Shown one piece after another: positions 1 to 8,400 of a stretch of DNA of 64,000 nucleotides (its first letter is position 1; the number at the start of each line of letters is the position of its first letter). Location of the stretch: IMG/VR virus record IMGVR_UViG_3300044911_002386, positions 1 to 64,000 of that record. One strand, given 5' to 3'. Position numbers and translations under genes: made by a program. Origin of the DNA: a virus. The notes beneath the pieces are model-generated. The model saw only the letters and a program-made list of their open reading frames with translations. It was not told the origin of the DNA and did no database searches.

Positions 1-213
1 TCCAAACGGCACACCCGTATCACGGTGGTACTCAGTGAATAGATATTTGTGATTAAATTTCTCGCGGATGCCGATAAAACCATTGCTGGCCTGCACGAAA
101 ACGCCAAAGCCAAGATTTCGACTGGACAGTCTATACACCCAGCCGTTGCGACACTCGTTGAGCGGAATAGTGTTTTCTCGAATTGGAGCAGACCCGGCAT
201 CTTCCTGTGTCAT
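1..213 (-). CDS. Phage hypothetical protein, runs off window start
   Basis: Hand translation from ATG at 213 (MTQEDAG...SRNLGFGVF...GFIGIREKF...YLFTEYHRDTGVPFG) is open to position 1; AAAGGAAG RBS upstream. Confidence 0.7.
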   Translation of the reverse strand, partial: MTQEDAGSAPIRENTIPLNECRNGWVYRLSSRNLGFGVFVQASNGFIGIREKFNHKYLFTEYHRDTGVPFG

Positions 214-251
214 ATCAACTTCCTTTCTCGGGCTGCTCAATGCAGCCGTTC

Positions 252-485
252 TCACTTCGTTCTCTCCAAAAGTCCGTCAAGGACCGCCGCTATCTCGTTG
301 CATTTCACATCGTCCTCATCGGCGTAAATGTCTCGCACCTCTTGCAAAACGAACCGTTCCGATTTGGTAAGCGTGGGTTCTTCGCTGTTAATTACGGCCT
401 GTAGGCGCCGCACTTCTGCCGCGAGTAACGCTATCTCGCGATCATCAGGCCGAGATGCCTCAATTACGTCAGGGTCGATTCTCAT
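252..485 (-). CDS. Small protein with shared LTxxER...LLERTK C-terminal module
   Basis: Track ORF 252..524; start moved to ATG 485, an ATGA overlap with the upstream stop. Confidence 0.7.
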   Translation of the reverse strand: MRIDPDVIEASRPDDREIALLAAEVRRLQAVINSEEPTLTKSERFVLQEVRDIYADEDDVKCNEIAAVLDGLLERTK

Positions 486-907
486 TTGGTTTTCTCCAGA
501 AGTCTGCTTAGTGTGATGGCCCACTCCGCACGTTGAGCAGGATTCATTGACGGCTCGCTAACCATTATTTTCCTAGCCATATTTATCGCCTCCCGCTCCT
601 CGTCGGTGAGGGCGTGTTGGCCGGAAAGGCCATCAATGATTTTCTCGCGATCCGCGTCTGTCACCCACAGCATGACGCTGTACGGTGCCTCATCACGCGG
701 AGGTGCAGGAAGACGCATCCAGTGAGTTGGCCTGCCTGACTCATTCCAGCGCAGGCCGGGTTGAGATTCATCGTCGATCTCTCGCCACGCCATGCCGTAT
801 GCGGCGTTTCCCCAGTGCTGGTCTGCATCGCGGAATCCCAGCACGGCCCCGCCCTTTTCGGGCAGGGATTCTTCAACAGAAATCCACATCGAAAGTAATG
901 TCCTCAT
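482..907 (-). CDS. DUF551-like protein with shared C-terminal module
   Basis: WISVEESLPE...PTHWMRLPAPP is the DUF551 signature; ATG 907 overlaps the upstream TGA; ends LTDEEREAI...LSRLLEKTK. Confidence 0.75.
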   Translation of the reverse strand: MRTLLSMWISVEESLPEKGGAVLGFRDADQHWGNAAYGMAWREIDDESQPGLRWNESGRPTHWMRLPAPPRDEAPYSVMLWVTDADREKIIDGLSGQHALTDEEREAINMARKIMVSEPSMNPAQRAEWAITLSRLLEKTK

Positions 908-1104
908 TTCGTCCTCTCCAGTAGTGCGCGGAGCGTAGCGGCTGCGCTGTCTGCGCGAATGTATTTCATTTGGTTGATCGCAAACTTCAGAGAATCCCGT
1001 TCCTCGTCGGCGAGTGTCAAGTTTTGCTGCGACGAATCTGGACAAGGCCCCGTCGCCCAGAGCGTTTTTCGCCACTCGGCCATCTGGTCGTCGAAGTCGC
1101 TCAC
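904..1104 (-). CDS. Small protein with shared C-terminal module
   Basis: LADEERDSL...AATLRALLERTK; GTGA overlap. Confidence 0.7.
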   Translation of the reverse strand: MSDFDDQMAEWRKTLWATGPCPDSSQQNLTLADEERDSLKFAINQMKYIRADSAAATLRALLERTK

Positions 1105-1364
1105 CTTGCGCCTCCAAGCCGCTCCAGTAGGCCCCGCAGCGCGTCGGCCATTTCCTCATGTCGCTTGATATGCTCCGGCCCTTCCGCGAACATTCCGATT
1201 GCCAGCCAGACGGCTTCCCACTCATCGGCGGTGAGCGCGGGCTGCGGTGGATGAACCAGCGGGCCTCCTGCACCGCCTGACAAGGACGCCCGCAATGACT
1301 CTCGCTGCTCGTCTGTGAGCGTCACGTTTATTTGCGACGGAACTTGACATTGTGTTTTAGTCAC
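1101..1364 (-). CDS. Small protein with shared C-terminal module
   Basis: LTDEQRESL and LTADEWEAV...ADALRGLLERL; GTGA overlap. Confidence 0.7.
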   Translation of the reverse strand: MTKTQCQVPSQINVTLTDEQRESLRASLSGGAGGPLVHPPQPALTADEWEAVWLAIGMFAEGPEHIKRHEEMADALRGLLERLGGAR

Positions 1365-1690
1365 TTCGTTCTCTCTAGTAGGTTGCGCAGCGTGTCAACG
1401 CGATCAAACTCTTCGCAGTTTCCAGCGAGTTCTTCCGCCCACTCCACCGCCTCCCGCTCCTCGTCGGTGAGCGTGGGCTGAAAAATCCTCGCAATCCTCC
1501 GCGCCGCAAGCCTCGCCCTGTCTTCGGCGTAACTGTTGCCGCCCTGCCACTTCTTTGTGGTGCCCTCGCGATACCACCGCATGGCGCAGTGGACGATTTC
1601 GGCACCCCGCTCCAGTTGGGATTCCCCGTGAGAACCAGCGGATGCAGGAGACATCGCCTTGTCGTCCTGCGGTGTAGTTTCGTCACTCAT
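1361..1690 (-). CDS. Small protein with shared C-terminal module
   Basis: LTDEEREAVEW...TLRNLLERTK; AGGAG RBS. Confidence 0.75.
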   Translation of the reverse strand: MSDETTPQDDKAMSPASAGSHGESQLERGAEIVHCAMRWYREGTTKKWQGGNSYAEDRARLAARRIARIFQPTLTDEEREAVEWAEELAGNCEEFDRVDTLRNLLERTK

Positions 1691-1715
1691 GCGATGCTCC
1701 TGATCCTGCGTGTTC

Positions 1716-1904
1716 TCACTTCATTCGCTCCAGCAGCCCCCGCAGCGTGCGTATCTCGGCAACGCAATCGGTGGCTGAGTGCAAGGCCATCTCCACGCAC
1801 CACTCCACCGCCGCCCGCTCCTCGTCTGTGAGCCGCAAACGCTCAACTTCGGCGAAAAAAAAACCCGCGCGCGCTTCGACAATCAGTTTTTCTTTGTCAT
1901 TCAT
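1716..1904 (-). CDS. Small protein with shared C-terminal module
   Basis: LTDEERAAVEW...TLRGLLERMK. Confidence 0.7.
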   Translation of the reverse strand: MNDKEKLIVEARAGFFFAEVERLRLTDEERAAVEWCVEMALHSATDCVAEIRTLRGLLERMK

Positions 1905-2033
1905 TGTTGCTTTTTATTTCCTGTTCAAAAGCCACAGTATCACTAACAGCCCGCCCGCTGAGATACAGCAGTGCGTCACGTCAACCAATGTCATATATGC
2001 CTCGCGATCATAACTAAAACGTCAGCCTCCGAA

Positions 2034-2103
2034 AACTAGTGGCGGGAATCGAACCCGCGACCTGCCGATACAATCCGGCGCTCTACCACTGAGCTACACT
2101 AGT
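2034..2103 (-). tRNA. Aberrant tRNA with shortened anticodon arm, identity undetermined
   Basis: ACTAGTG-TA-GCTC AGTGGTA GAGC-GCCGG ATTGTA TCGGC-AGGTC-GCGGG TTCGATT CCCGC-CACTAGT; acceptor, D and T arms are canonical, but the anticodon loop is 6 nt and base 26 is missing. Confidence 0.75.
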
Positions 2104-2106
2104 TGT

Positions 2107-2196
2107 GCCGAGAACTGCCCTACCATCACCGCCGTCACGTATTTCGCCAGTAGGGTGTCAGTCATTAGACGGGACCGTGTTTAGAACACCATCGGC
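2107..2196 (-). ncRNA. Candidate structured RNA between two tRNAs
   Basis: Closing stem GCCGA/TCGGC, hairpin GTGTT-CTA-AACAC, stems ACTG/CAGT and CCCTAC/GTAGGG, crossing pair CCGTC/GACGG. Confidence 0.35.
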
Positions 2197-2199
2197 TTA

Positions 2200-2272
2200 A
2201 TGCCCGGGTAGGATTCGAACCTACAACCGAGGGAACCAAAATCCCTTGCTCTGCCAGTTAAGCTACCGGGCA
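2200..2272 (-). tRNA. tRNA-Gln(TTG)
   Basis: Full cloverleaf TGCCCGG/CCGGGCA; anticodon arm AGGGA-TTTTGGT-TCCCT; T loop TTCGAAT; U1-A72; CCA not encoded. Confidence 0.95.
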
Positions 2273-2277
2273 ACCGC

Positions 2278-2670
2278 TTATTTTTTACAACAACTGTCGC
2301 ACTGCGTCACAATCCAACCACCAGATCTTTGCTTGCCGGGGTTGCCGCATACCTCACAAGTAACTAATGACATCTCGTGGGCCATGCTTAGCACGCCAAA
2401 AATATACTCGTCAGAATATCCGTCGTGGTAGAGCCGCAATCCGCCAAACTTCTCTTTAATTTGAGCCCAGACAAATTTTGCGTCTGGATTTTCCTGCTGC
2501 ACCTTATTCATGTGCAGGCTGATTAACTCTGACGTGGCGTTAATCAGGCCATACCAGCCGTCGCCGCATTCGCAGCCGAAGCACATCAGGCTTTCTGTCG
2601 GCGGTAATTCCGTAGTCGCGAACAACTCGGGATACGACATTACAAGTTCGTGCTCAAGTTCTGACTTCAT
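2278..2670 (-). CDS. Conserved phage hypothetical protein with C-terminal Zn ribbon
   Basis: ECGDGWY...QIKEKFGGLRLY...TCEVCG...CDSC; start moved to ATG 2670. Confidence 0.8.
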   Translation of the reverse strand: MKSELEHELVMSYPELFATTELPPTESLMCFGCECGDGWYGLINATSELISLHMNKVQQENPDAKFVWAQIKEKFGGLRLYHDGYSDEYIFGVLSMAHEMSLVTCEVCGNPGKQRSGGWIVTQCDSCCKK

Positions 2671-3235
2671 TTGGCAATAACTCCAGAAACTTCTTGGCGA
2701 CAGCGATCGTAGCAAGGTTGTCGTTTTCTGCGTTATGGGCCGTGCCGGTTTCAATGTTGAAAAGCGTGCGCAAATGCGGCAAACCACACCCGCCGGAAAT
2801 CATACGTGCTGTCATTAAAAACCGGGCCACAGCACAAGTGTCGAGCGGCGGGTGAGTAAAGTAGTCGCGCCACGCCTTGTCCGGCATCACATAGGCATGC
2901 ATGAACTTCATGTCAAAAGGCACGTTATGCCCTGCCGGCACAAGTTTTTTGACGCCGCTCATAGAAATGGCTTCTTTGACAAACGCCAGAAAAATTTCTT
3001 GGGCCTCTGCCACCGTAAAACCATGCTCATCGTTGTCAGCCAGTTTGATCTGGTTAACTTCCATGGCTCTCGGATGCGTCACGTATTCGGCGTGTTTGAA
3101 CCGCAGGTACACACCTGGGTCAAACCCGTGCGTTGGCACAATGTTGAACTTGCCATCCGTGACAATTGCCGACAGCGTAAGCAGACTGTAGTCAGGAGTC
3201 AGCCCGCCAGTTTCCGTGTCGAAAAACAGATACAT
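2654..3235 (-). CDS. DEDDh 3'-5' exonuclease (DnaQ/Pol III epsilon-like)
   Basis: ExoI FFDTETGG, ExoII GHNVPFD, LDT, ExoIII AHNAEND. Confidence 0.9.
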   Translation of the reverse strand: MYLFFDTETGGLTPDYSLLTLSAIVTDGKFNIVPTHGFDPGVYLRFKHAEYVTHPRAMEVNQIKLADNDEHGFTVAEAQEIFLAFVKEAISMSGVKKLVPAGHNVPFDMKFMHAYVMPDKAWRDYFTHPPLDTCAVARFLMTARMISGGCGLPHLRTLFNIETGTAHNAENDNLATIAVAKKFLELLPNEVRT

Positions 3236-3237
3236 GC

Positions 3238-3498
3238 TTACTCGAATTCGTTTGGGTGAAAACTGACAAATTGTCCGCCGTCATTGTCGAACAGAATGCC
3301 AGGAGAACCGCCGTTCGTTTCAGCCGCCCGCATTGCAATGCGCTCAAGTTGCCGGTAGATAGTTTTACCCTTTTTTCCGAATTTAAGGGAGAGGAAACCA
3401 AAAACCGTCAAGTGTTTCTCGACACCGCCAAGATCATCTGTCATCTCGTATCGGTTGTCGTCGTCGATATGGCCTTCAAAATCAAAGTTGGGCGTCAT
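3238..3498 (-). CDS. Hypothetical protein
   Basis: 86-aa ORF packed tightly between neighbours. Confidence 0.7.
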   Translation of the reverse strand: MTPNFDFEGHIDDDNRYEMTDDLGGVEKHLTVFGFLSLKFGKKGKTIYRQLERIAMRAAETNGGSPGILFDNDGGQFVSFHPNEFE

Positions 3499-4613
3499 TA
3501 AAATATCCTTAATGCAATGAGCTTATCTTGAGTCGGAAATAAATAAATGCCTTGTACCGCGAGTTCACGCGGTTGGTCGTTTCTTAGCAGCACCTCGTCT
3601 GTCTGCTGATCAACTAGCCGAGAAACTATGTAGCCACCTGTATGGCCGTAGTCGGCGTGCAGGGCTACTGCCATGTTCGTACCAGGAACCGGGAGCCGTG
3701 CCGTCGTGGCCGCGGTGACATGTGCCACCATGCTATCTGCTGTTTTAGACGTGTCAACTATTGCCTGTAAAAAGTTAACTGGCGGCTTCGCGGCAAAGGT
3801 TGAAAAAGGAATAACTTTGACGTCGCCCGAAAACGCACCAAGTGCACCGCCGATTACAACACCTTCTGGGTCAATTACAGCCCCAACATTTTCTAAATGA
3901 GCAAACGCCAGGTAGACGTATGCCAGCAGTACTGCCGGTACAGACGTGTAATCCTCGGGCGTTGTGAGCGACGTAATACCGGCCTCAGCCTGCGGAAGTT
4001 GCAGATATTCGCCGGTCTCGAGGATTATGTGCTGCGGGTCAGACCCGAACGAAGCACCCCGAATTTGCGGGCCATGCGGCGCCTTATACAGAACAAGCCG
4101 CATACCCAGACTGCGGCAAATTTTTTCATCGAGCGGTTTTGCTTTGAAGATCTTACTGATGTTCTGCGGCTGAAACAATGCAGTTGCTGTACCCTCAATA
4201 GCCGGCGCGTTCCAATGCGTCTCTATTAGCTCGCTCACTACAGCTTCAAATACTTCGGCCGTCGCTTCTTCGGGTGCGTCTGCAAGGATGTCACTAAAGA
4301 CAGCAATAGCCTTTAACAAGACGAGCATAAGTTTGTCGGCGTCCGCGGGTTCTTTTACGTGCTGTGCTATTGCCTTCTGACAACTTGTGCTCACAGCCTG
4401 CGTGAAAGAGAACTGCAGTTTTTCCCAAGCGACGTCGGGGACCTTGGACGCAAAATTGGCAATAGCCGTGGCGGCCCGTTTGTCCAGCAACTGTGCCCGA
4501 CGCAGCAGTTCGATTACCGCCGCAATAACGAATACCTTTTTTTGCAACTCGTTGGTTTGAATATTTTTAATGAGTTTCGTTACGTGGTCAGAAACAAGAT
4601 TTTTCTCCGACAT
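3498..4613 (-). CDS. Hypothetical protein
   Basis: 371-aa ORF, AGG RBS, TAATG overlap with next gene. Confidence 0.8.
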   Translation of the reverse strand: MSEKNLVSDHVTKLIKNIQTNELQKKVFVIAAVIELLRRAQLLDKRAATAIANFASKVPDVAWEKLQFSFTQAVSTSCQKAIAQHVKEPADADKLMLVLLKAIAVFSDILADAPEEATAEVFEAVVSELIETHWNAPAIEGTATALFQPQNISKIFKAKPLDEKICRSLGMRLVLYKAPHGPQIRGASFGSDPQHIILETGEYLQLPQAEAGITSLTTPEDYTSVPAVLLAYVYLAFAHLENVGAVIDPEGVVIGGALGAFSGDVKVIPFSTFAAKPPVNFLQAIVDTSKTADSMVAHVTAATTARLPVPGTNMAVALHADYGHTGGYIVSRLVDQQTDEVLLRNDQPRELAVQGIYLFPTQDKLIALRIF

Positions 4614-4616
4614 AAC

Positions 4617-5729
4617 CTATTTTCCTATGTATGCGGCGTCGCACGCCGACACTAATTTGCAAAAAGCATCTGAATATGTGCCATCAATAAATACGGTCTG
4701 CCAGCCAGACGGAATAGATGCCAACAATTCTTTAGAGTGTTGCTGTGCCCCAAGCACAACAACCATTCCGCCGGCCGCATTGTCTGGCATACAAGACTGT
4801 AACGTGCGTACGGTCTTGTGTAGCAGACGCAAAGCCCTGTGTGGCTCACCAAGCACGACGAGCACGCCGCCAGGCGGTAAGCATGCCTGTCGCAACTGCT
4901 CGGTCATCACTAACAGATCCACGTACGCTGCTGCGCCGACCGAAGCCCCTAACTCAGCGCCGCGGATTGCCGGTGCTGTGTGCGCCGCAATCTCACCAAT
5001 CTCGGCTTGCACGGTAAGCGGCTTCCTGGCGTGAAAACACGTATGCATGAGATAATCGTCAGCCCAGCGCCCAATGGCTTCGCCGTAGCCGATGCCGTGT
5101 GCCGCCGCAAACTTCGCCATGTCGGTTAAGTCCACGTCAGGGGCTGCGGTCGCCACCGCCGAAAGCGTGACAGCCAAACTAGTCACGTAATCTGTCAGCA
5201 TAAACTCGCGCACGGCTTTGGTGCCGCAATCGGCTACGCCGTCGACACCTAAGAAAAAGCACACCGGTTTCCCGGCAAGCCGGGCCCTGTAAATCGCAGT
5301 CCCGGCGGTGTGTGCGTCATTGCTCGGGGACTTACTGGCACGACGCTTGCACGGTTTAGCGACGGCCGGAACAGTTAACGTGTCAAAGACGGGAAACGAA
5401 CTAGCAAGCGTTGCCGGAAACGTAATGGGTAGCCCGGCCGGTAACTGCTCCGGCTCAAGAACCATCGGCCCTATACCGAGCAAGAGCCACTCTGCTTGCA
5501 CATTCGTATGTGCGGCTATTTGTGCCAGCATCCGTACCGTGATGGTTTTTTTAAACTTTATGCATACGTACAAGTGCCTGTAGTTCACATTTGTGGTGGC
5601 GGCCAGTTGTTTCAGGCTGCCACCAAAAAGAACGTCCGCAACGTGCTGCACGCGAGCACGGTAAACCGACGACTCAGACAGCAGGCGTTGCACCTGCCGG
5701 GCCAGTGAGAGTTTTTTTGGCGAGGGCAT
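4617..5729 (-). CDS. HTH domain fused to degenerate deoxyhypusine-synthase-like domain
   Basis: N-terminal XRE-like HTH ending AEWLLLGIGPM; C-terminal ARLAGKPVCFFLG...GIGYGEAIGR...PLTVQAEIG...GGVLVVLG. Confidence 0.55.
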   Translation of the reverse strand: MPSPKKLSLARQVQRLLSESSVYRARVQHVADVLFGGSLKQLAATTNVNYRHLYVCIKFKKTITVRMLAQIAAHTNVQAEWLLLGIGPMVLEPEQLPAGLPITFPATLASSFPVFDTLTVPAVAKPCKRRASKSPSNDAHTAGTAIYRARLAGKPVCFFLGVDGVADCGTKAVREFMLTDYVTSLAVTLSAVATAAPDVDLTDMAKFAAAHGIGYGEAIGRWADDYLMHTCFHARKPLTVQAEIGEIAAHTAPAIRGAELGASVGAAAYVDLLVMTEQLRQACLPPGGVLVVLGEPHRALRLLHKTVRTLQSCMPDNAAGGMVVVLGAQQHSKELLASIPSGWQTVFIDGTYSDAFCKLVSACDAAYIGK

Positions 5730-6729
5730 CGTTTTTTATTTCGCGCATGTATGGTATGAGTGCCCGGCCGGTTTTTGCCAGCAACCCTGTGCCGCTCACC
5801 AACCGCAAACCGTGTGCTGCATGCAGGTACGCCGACGTTAGTTCCGCGTAACCAGTAAGCAACTCCAGAGGATAGCGGCAAAACTCTCCGAAGAGTTCGA
5901 AAAAGTCCGTAGCGAAATCAGGCCGAGTAGCGTCCAATTTTACGCTCTTTAAGTACGTTACTTTTGCACCTCGAATACGCACAACCGGCAATCGGATATT
6001 AGGCCGGCAAATGAAAAACTGCCGCACTTCAATGTTCCAACCTGCTGCGTCAGGAATAACAACCAGCCGCCACAATGATCCACGCGTCGATCGTGCTAAT
6101 TTTTTGCCATCAATTAATTGACGGTAGTTTTGTTTTTGTTTAACAAGCACTCGTCGCAGCAGCCGGGCGTGTTCTTGGATTTGCTTGTGGTCTGTTCCAC
6201 GTATTGGATTAAAACCAGGAGCGGGTACATACCAGCGAACAACGCGACATACGCCCACAAAATTGGAATCATGTTTTAACAACCTATTGATGGCGTGTTT
6301 GACGTACACATAGTGTGCCGTTACTAGGTTGACCGTGCAAAACGGACAAATGTGCGTACGCCAGCACGGCCGTAACTCAACCTGATGCCCATCAGGCGAC
6401 TGATAATGAGCACACGACGGCCGGCAAAACATGCACCGCCGATACGCGCTCTTAAACTTTTTCAAGTCAAAATTTGGATCGTACGGCGACAACCAGCGCT
6501 GCTTTGTAGGCAACCACATTTCGCGGGTGGTCATCTCTTGCAGACGCCAAATCCATAGCCGCCGAAATCGGTTTAATCTACGAGACAGGGTAAAAAGCGA
6601 TTTGCTCTTCATTCCGAGCACGAAGTGCATAGCAAAAATTTTGCTGATGCGTGTGCCCGCCCTGTCTATCCGCCACCGACGATACCTAAAATTTTTGACG
6701 TATTGCGGGAAATCAAATTCAAACGTCAA
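5674..6729 (-). CDS. Basic Cys-containing protein, possibly a degenerate rolling-circle Rep-like protein
   Basis: 351-aa ORF; PCWRTHICPFC, EFCRYP, LRLVSGTG; the ORF is well supported, the family call is tentative. Confidence 0.5.
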   Translation of the reverse strand: MTFEFDFPQYVKNFRYRRWRIDRAGTRISKIFAMHFVLGMKSKSLFTLSRRLNRFRRLWIWRLQEMTTREMWLPTKQRWLSPYDPNFDLKKFKSAYRRCMFCRPSCAHYQSPDGHQVELRPCWRTHICPFCTVNLVTAHYVYVKHAINRLLKHDSNFVGVCRVVRWYVPAPGFNPIRGTDHKQIQEHARLLRRVLVKQKQNYRQLIDGKKLARSTRGSLWRLVVIPDAAGWNIEVRQFFICRPNIRLPVVRIRGAKVTYLKSVKLDATRPDFATDFFELFGEFCRYPLELLTGYAELTSAYLHAAHGLRLVSGTGLLAKTGRALIPYMREIKNDALAKKTLTGPAGATPAV

Positions 6730-7232
6730 TGGTCTTCGCCTGTTCCTTGGCTAGTGGTTTCCTGACCGCCCTGAATGGCGTCCAGCGTTTCCTGTGCCGG
6801 AGTTAACTCGCCAGCACGTCCGTACTCGATACGCTCGCGCACAAGCTGCGTTGCTATTTCAACATCAACTTCAACGTACGGAATTTTTTCCTTAAGCAAT
6901 TCAAGTTTTGTCGGGCCAACTCCGGCCACATTAATTTCGCCAGGGTTTTGGTCGGCAAAGTCTTCAAGCCTGGCGACCTGCAGTGCGTCTTCGTAAGTAT
7001 CAAATAACAATGCCCGATTGTCTTTGTCAGCAAAAAAACGAACGCCGCTTGGATCGCAAATTACCCAGCGCACAGGACTCTCGCCAGAGTCAATAAACAG
7101 CGGTCGTCGGGGGGCCGCCTGCACTATTGCCGGCGCTTCTGGCGAGCAACAGAACTTGAACTTCTTGCCGCTGTTGCAGGGGCAACGGTCATTGCGACGA
7201 ACGATCATGCCGCCGCGGGGATTGGCAACCAT
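6726..7232 (-). CDS. SEC-C motif (Zn-binding) protein
   Basis: RNDRCPCNSGKKFKFCC; start may be 7208. Confidence 0.85.
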   Translation of the reverse strand: MVANPRGGMIVRRNDRCPCNSGKKFKFCCSPEAPAIVQAAPRRPLFIDSGESPVRWVICDPSGVRFFADKDNRALLFDTYEDALQVARLEDFADQNPGEINVAGVGPTKLELLKEKIPYVEVDVEIATQLVRERIEYGRAGELTPAQETLDAIQGGQETTSQGTGEDH

Positions 7233-7467
7233 ACTGGCCTCCTTGCCGGTCGTTGAGAGGACGAAAGCATATCCAGTCGCTCAAAAACGTCAAGTGGCCC
7301 AAAACTGCATACCCCCTTGAGCGACAAAAATTTGACGCAAACCATTGCACCACAATGAGATCTGACAAGCCACAAAAAAAATCTTGTCCGAAGTACGCTA
7401 TCCATGTGTATTTCCTTCGGAAATACAAGGAGTGTAGTGAAGATTTTTTGAGTCGGGGTGTACGTTA

Positions 7468-7917
7468 CTAAACATTTTCAAGCACGGTAGTGACTGATTT
7501 TTGGTTCAACAGATTTGTTTTGACGGTCATTGGTCCAAAAGATCTATTCCAACTTTCTGCTGCCCAAGTTAAAACTCTGTGGTGTTGTGTTTCTATAACG
7601 GGATAATTCATTCGAATACTCCACCTATTGGTGCCCTCTATTTCTACAGTAAAAAATCCACAGGCTTTAATCTGCTGGGCTAGCTTGTAACTACCTGTGA
7701 ACAATACGTAAAAACCATTTGGGTGTCCTTCGCAGCTGAATTGTGGTTTTCCGCCAAGTTTTTCGATCATTAGCACAAAGAAATTTACACCGCGTTCTAG
7801 TTCTTCTAACTGCCCTGTAAGCGGTGAGACGCGCAGCAATTTTAGTTTTGCCGCTTGTTTCCATGTGCTAATTTTTACAGATTTTTGTCGACTTTTTGCT
7901 GACTTTGTAGCCGCCAT
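7468..7917 (-). CDS. Hypothetical protein (SCEGH motif)
   Basis: 149-aa ORF with FSCEGHP. Confidence 0.7.
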   Translation of the reverse strand: MAATKSAKSRQKSVKISTWKQAAKLKLLRVSPLTGQLEELERGVNFFVLMIEKLGGKPQFSCEGHPNGFYVLFTGSYKLAQQIKACGFFTVEIEGTNRWSIRMNYPVIETQHHRVLTWAAESWNRSFGPMTVKTNLLNQKSVTTVLENV

Positions 7918-8167
7918 ACTTTTGATCGCGTTGTTGATTTAACAGACTTGCCCGCAATAATTCTGCGGGTGTAAGCGCTATACGTACCGGCTGTTTAAGC
8001 AAATTGTTTACTTGTCGTTTTTGGTAAATAACAGTACCAAGCAACGCAAGAACACTAAGGCAAACGCAGACTGAGACGTGTTTGCTGACGGTTTCATGAT
8101 GTACTCCGCAAAGTGTGGCGACCCAAAATAAAAAGGCGTTCTGCCAGTGATAAATTGTGTCAATCAT
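7868..8167 (-). CDS. Hypothetical membrane protein
   Basis: Hydrophobic segment VSVCVCLSVLALLGTVIY; AGGA RBS; promoter upstream. Confidence 0.55.
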   Translation of the reverse strand: MIDTIYHWQNAFLFWVATLCGVHHETVSKHVSVCVCLSVLALLGTVIYQKRQVNNLLKQPVRIALTPAELLRASLLNQQRDQKYGGYKVSKKSTKICKN

Positions 8168-8205
8168 TGTAAATCCTGTTTACATAGGCCAGTTGTTCTG
8201 GCACA

Positions 8206-8214
8206 ATTATAGCA
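8206..8214 (-). promoter_or_regulatory. Extended -10 promoter element
   Basis: Minus strand TGCTATAAT, about 40 nt upstream of ATG 8167. Confidence 0.5.
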
Positions 8215-8234
8215 TCGTTAAATGCACTCTTCCT

Positions 8235-8306
8235 TGAGATCCCGCCATCCGATTTGCGCAGATACGCCGTGGATTATGAGCCCACAGCGGCACTAAGCCC
8301 GGGATG
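8235..8306 (-). ncRNA. Non-canonical tRNA-like cloverleaf with CAT anticodon
   Basis: C-ATCCCG / GGC TTAGT GCC / GCTGTGGG CTCATAA TCCACGGC / ATCTG CGCAAAT CGGAT / CGGGAT-C; four stems pair, D and T loop consensus lost. Confidence 0.6.
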
Positions 8307-8400
8307 TTAGTCTGTTTTCTGGTGACTTAGGCCAGCACGTATAACAGACAAGTGAGTCACGCTTTACCGGATTAAGAGGCTGCGTAACGAGCACTGTGAA

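Noticed and set aside
215-255. TGAGAAC after stops here and near 1712 as integron attC-like half sites
   Set aside because: Only two short instances, no complementary partner box and no integrase in the window
908-1273. N-terminal extension of track ORF 482..1273
   Set aside because: Overlaps two better genes carrying the shared module; ATG 907 gives a 4-nt coupled start
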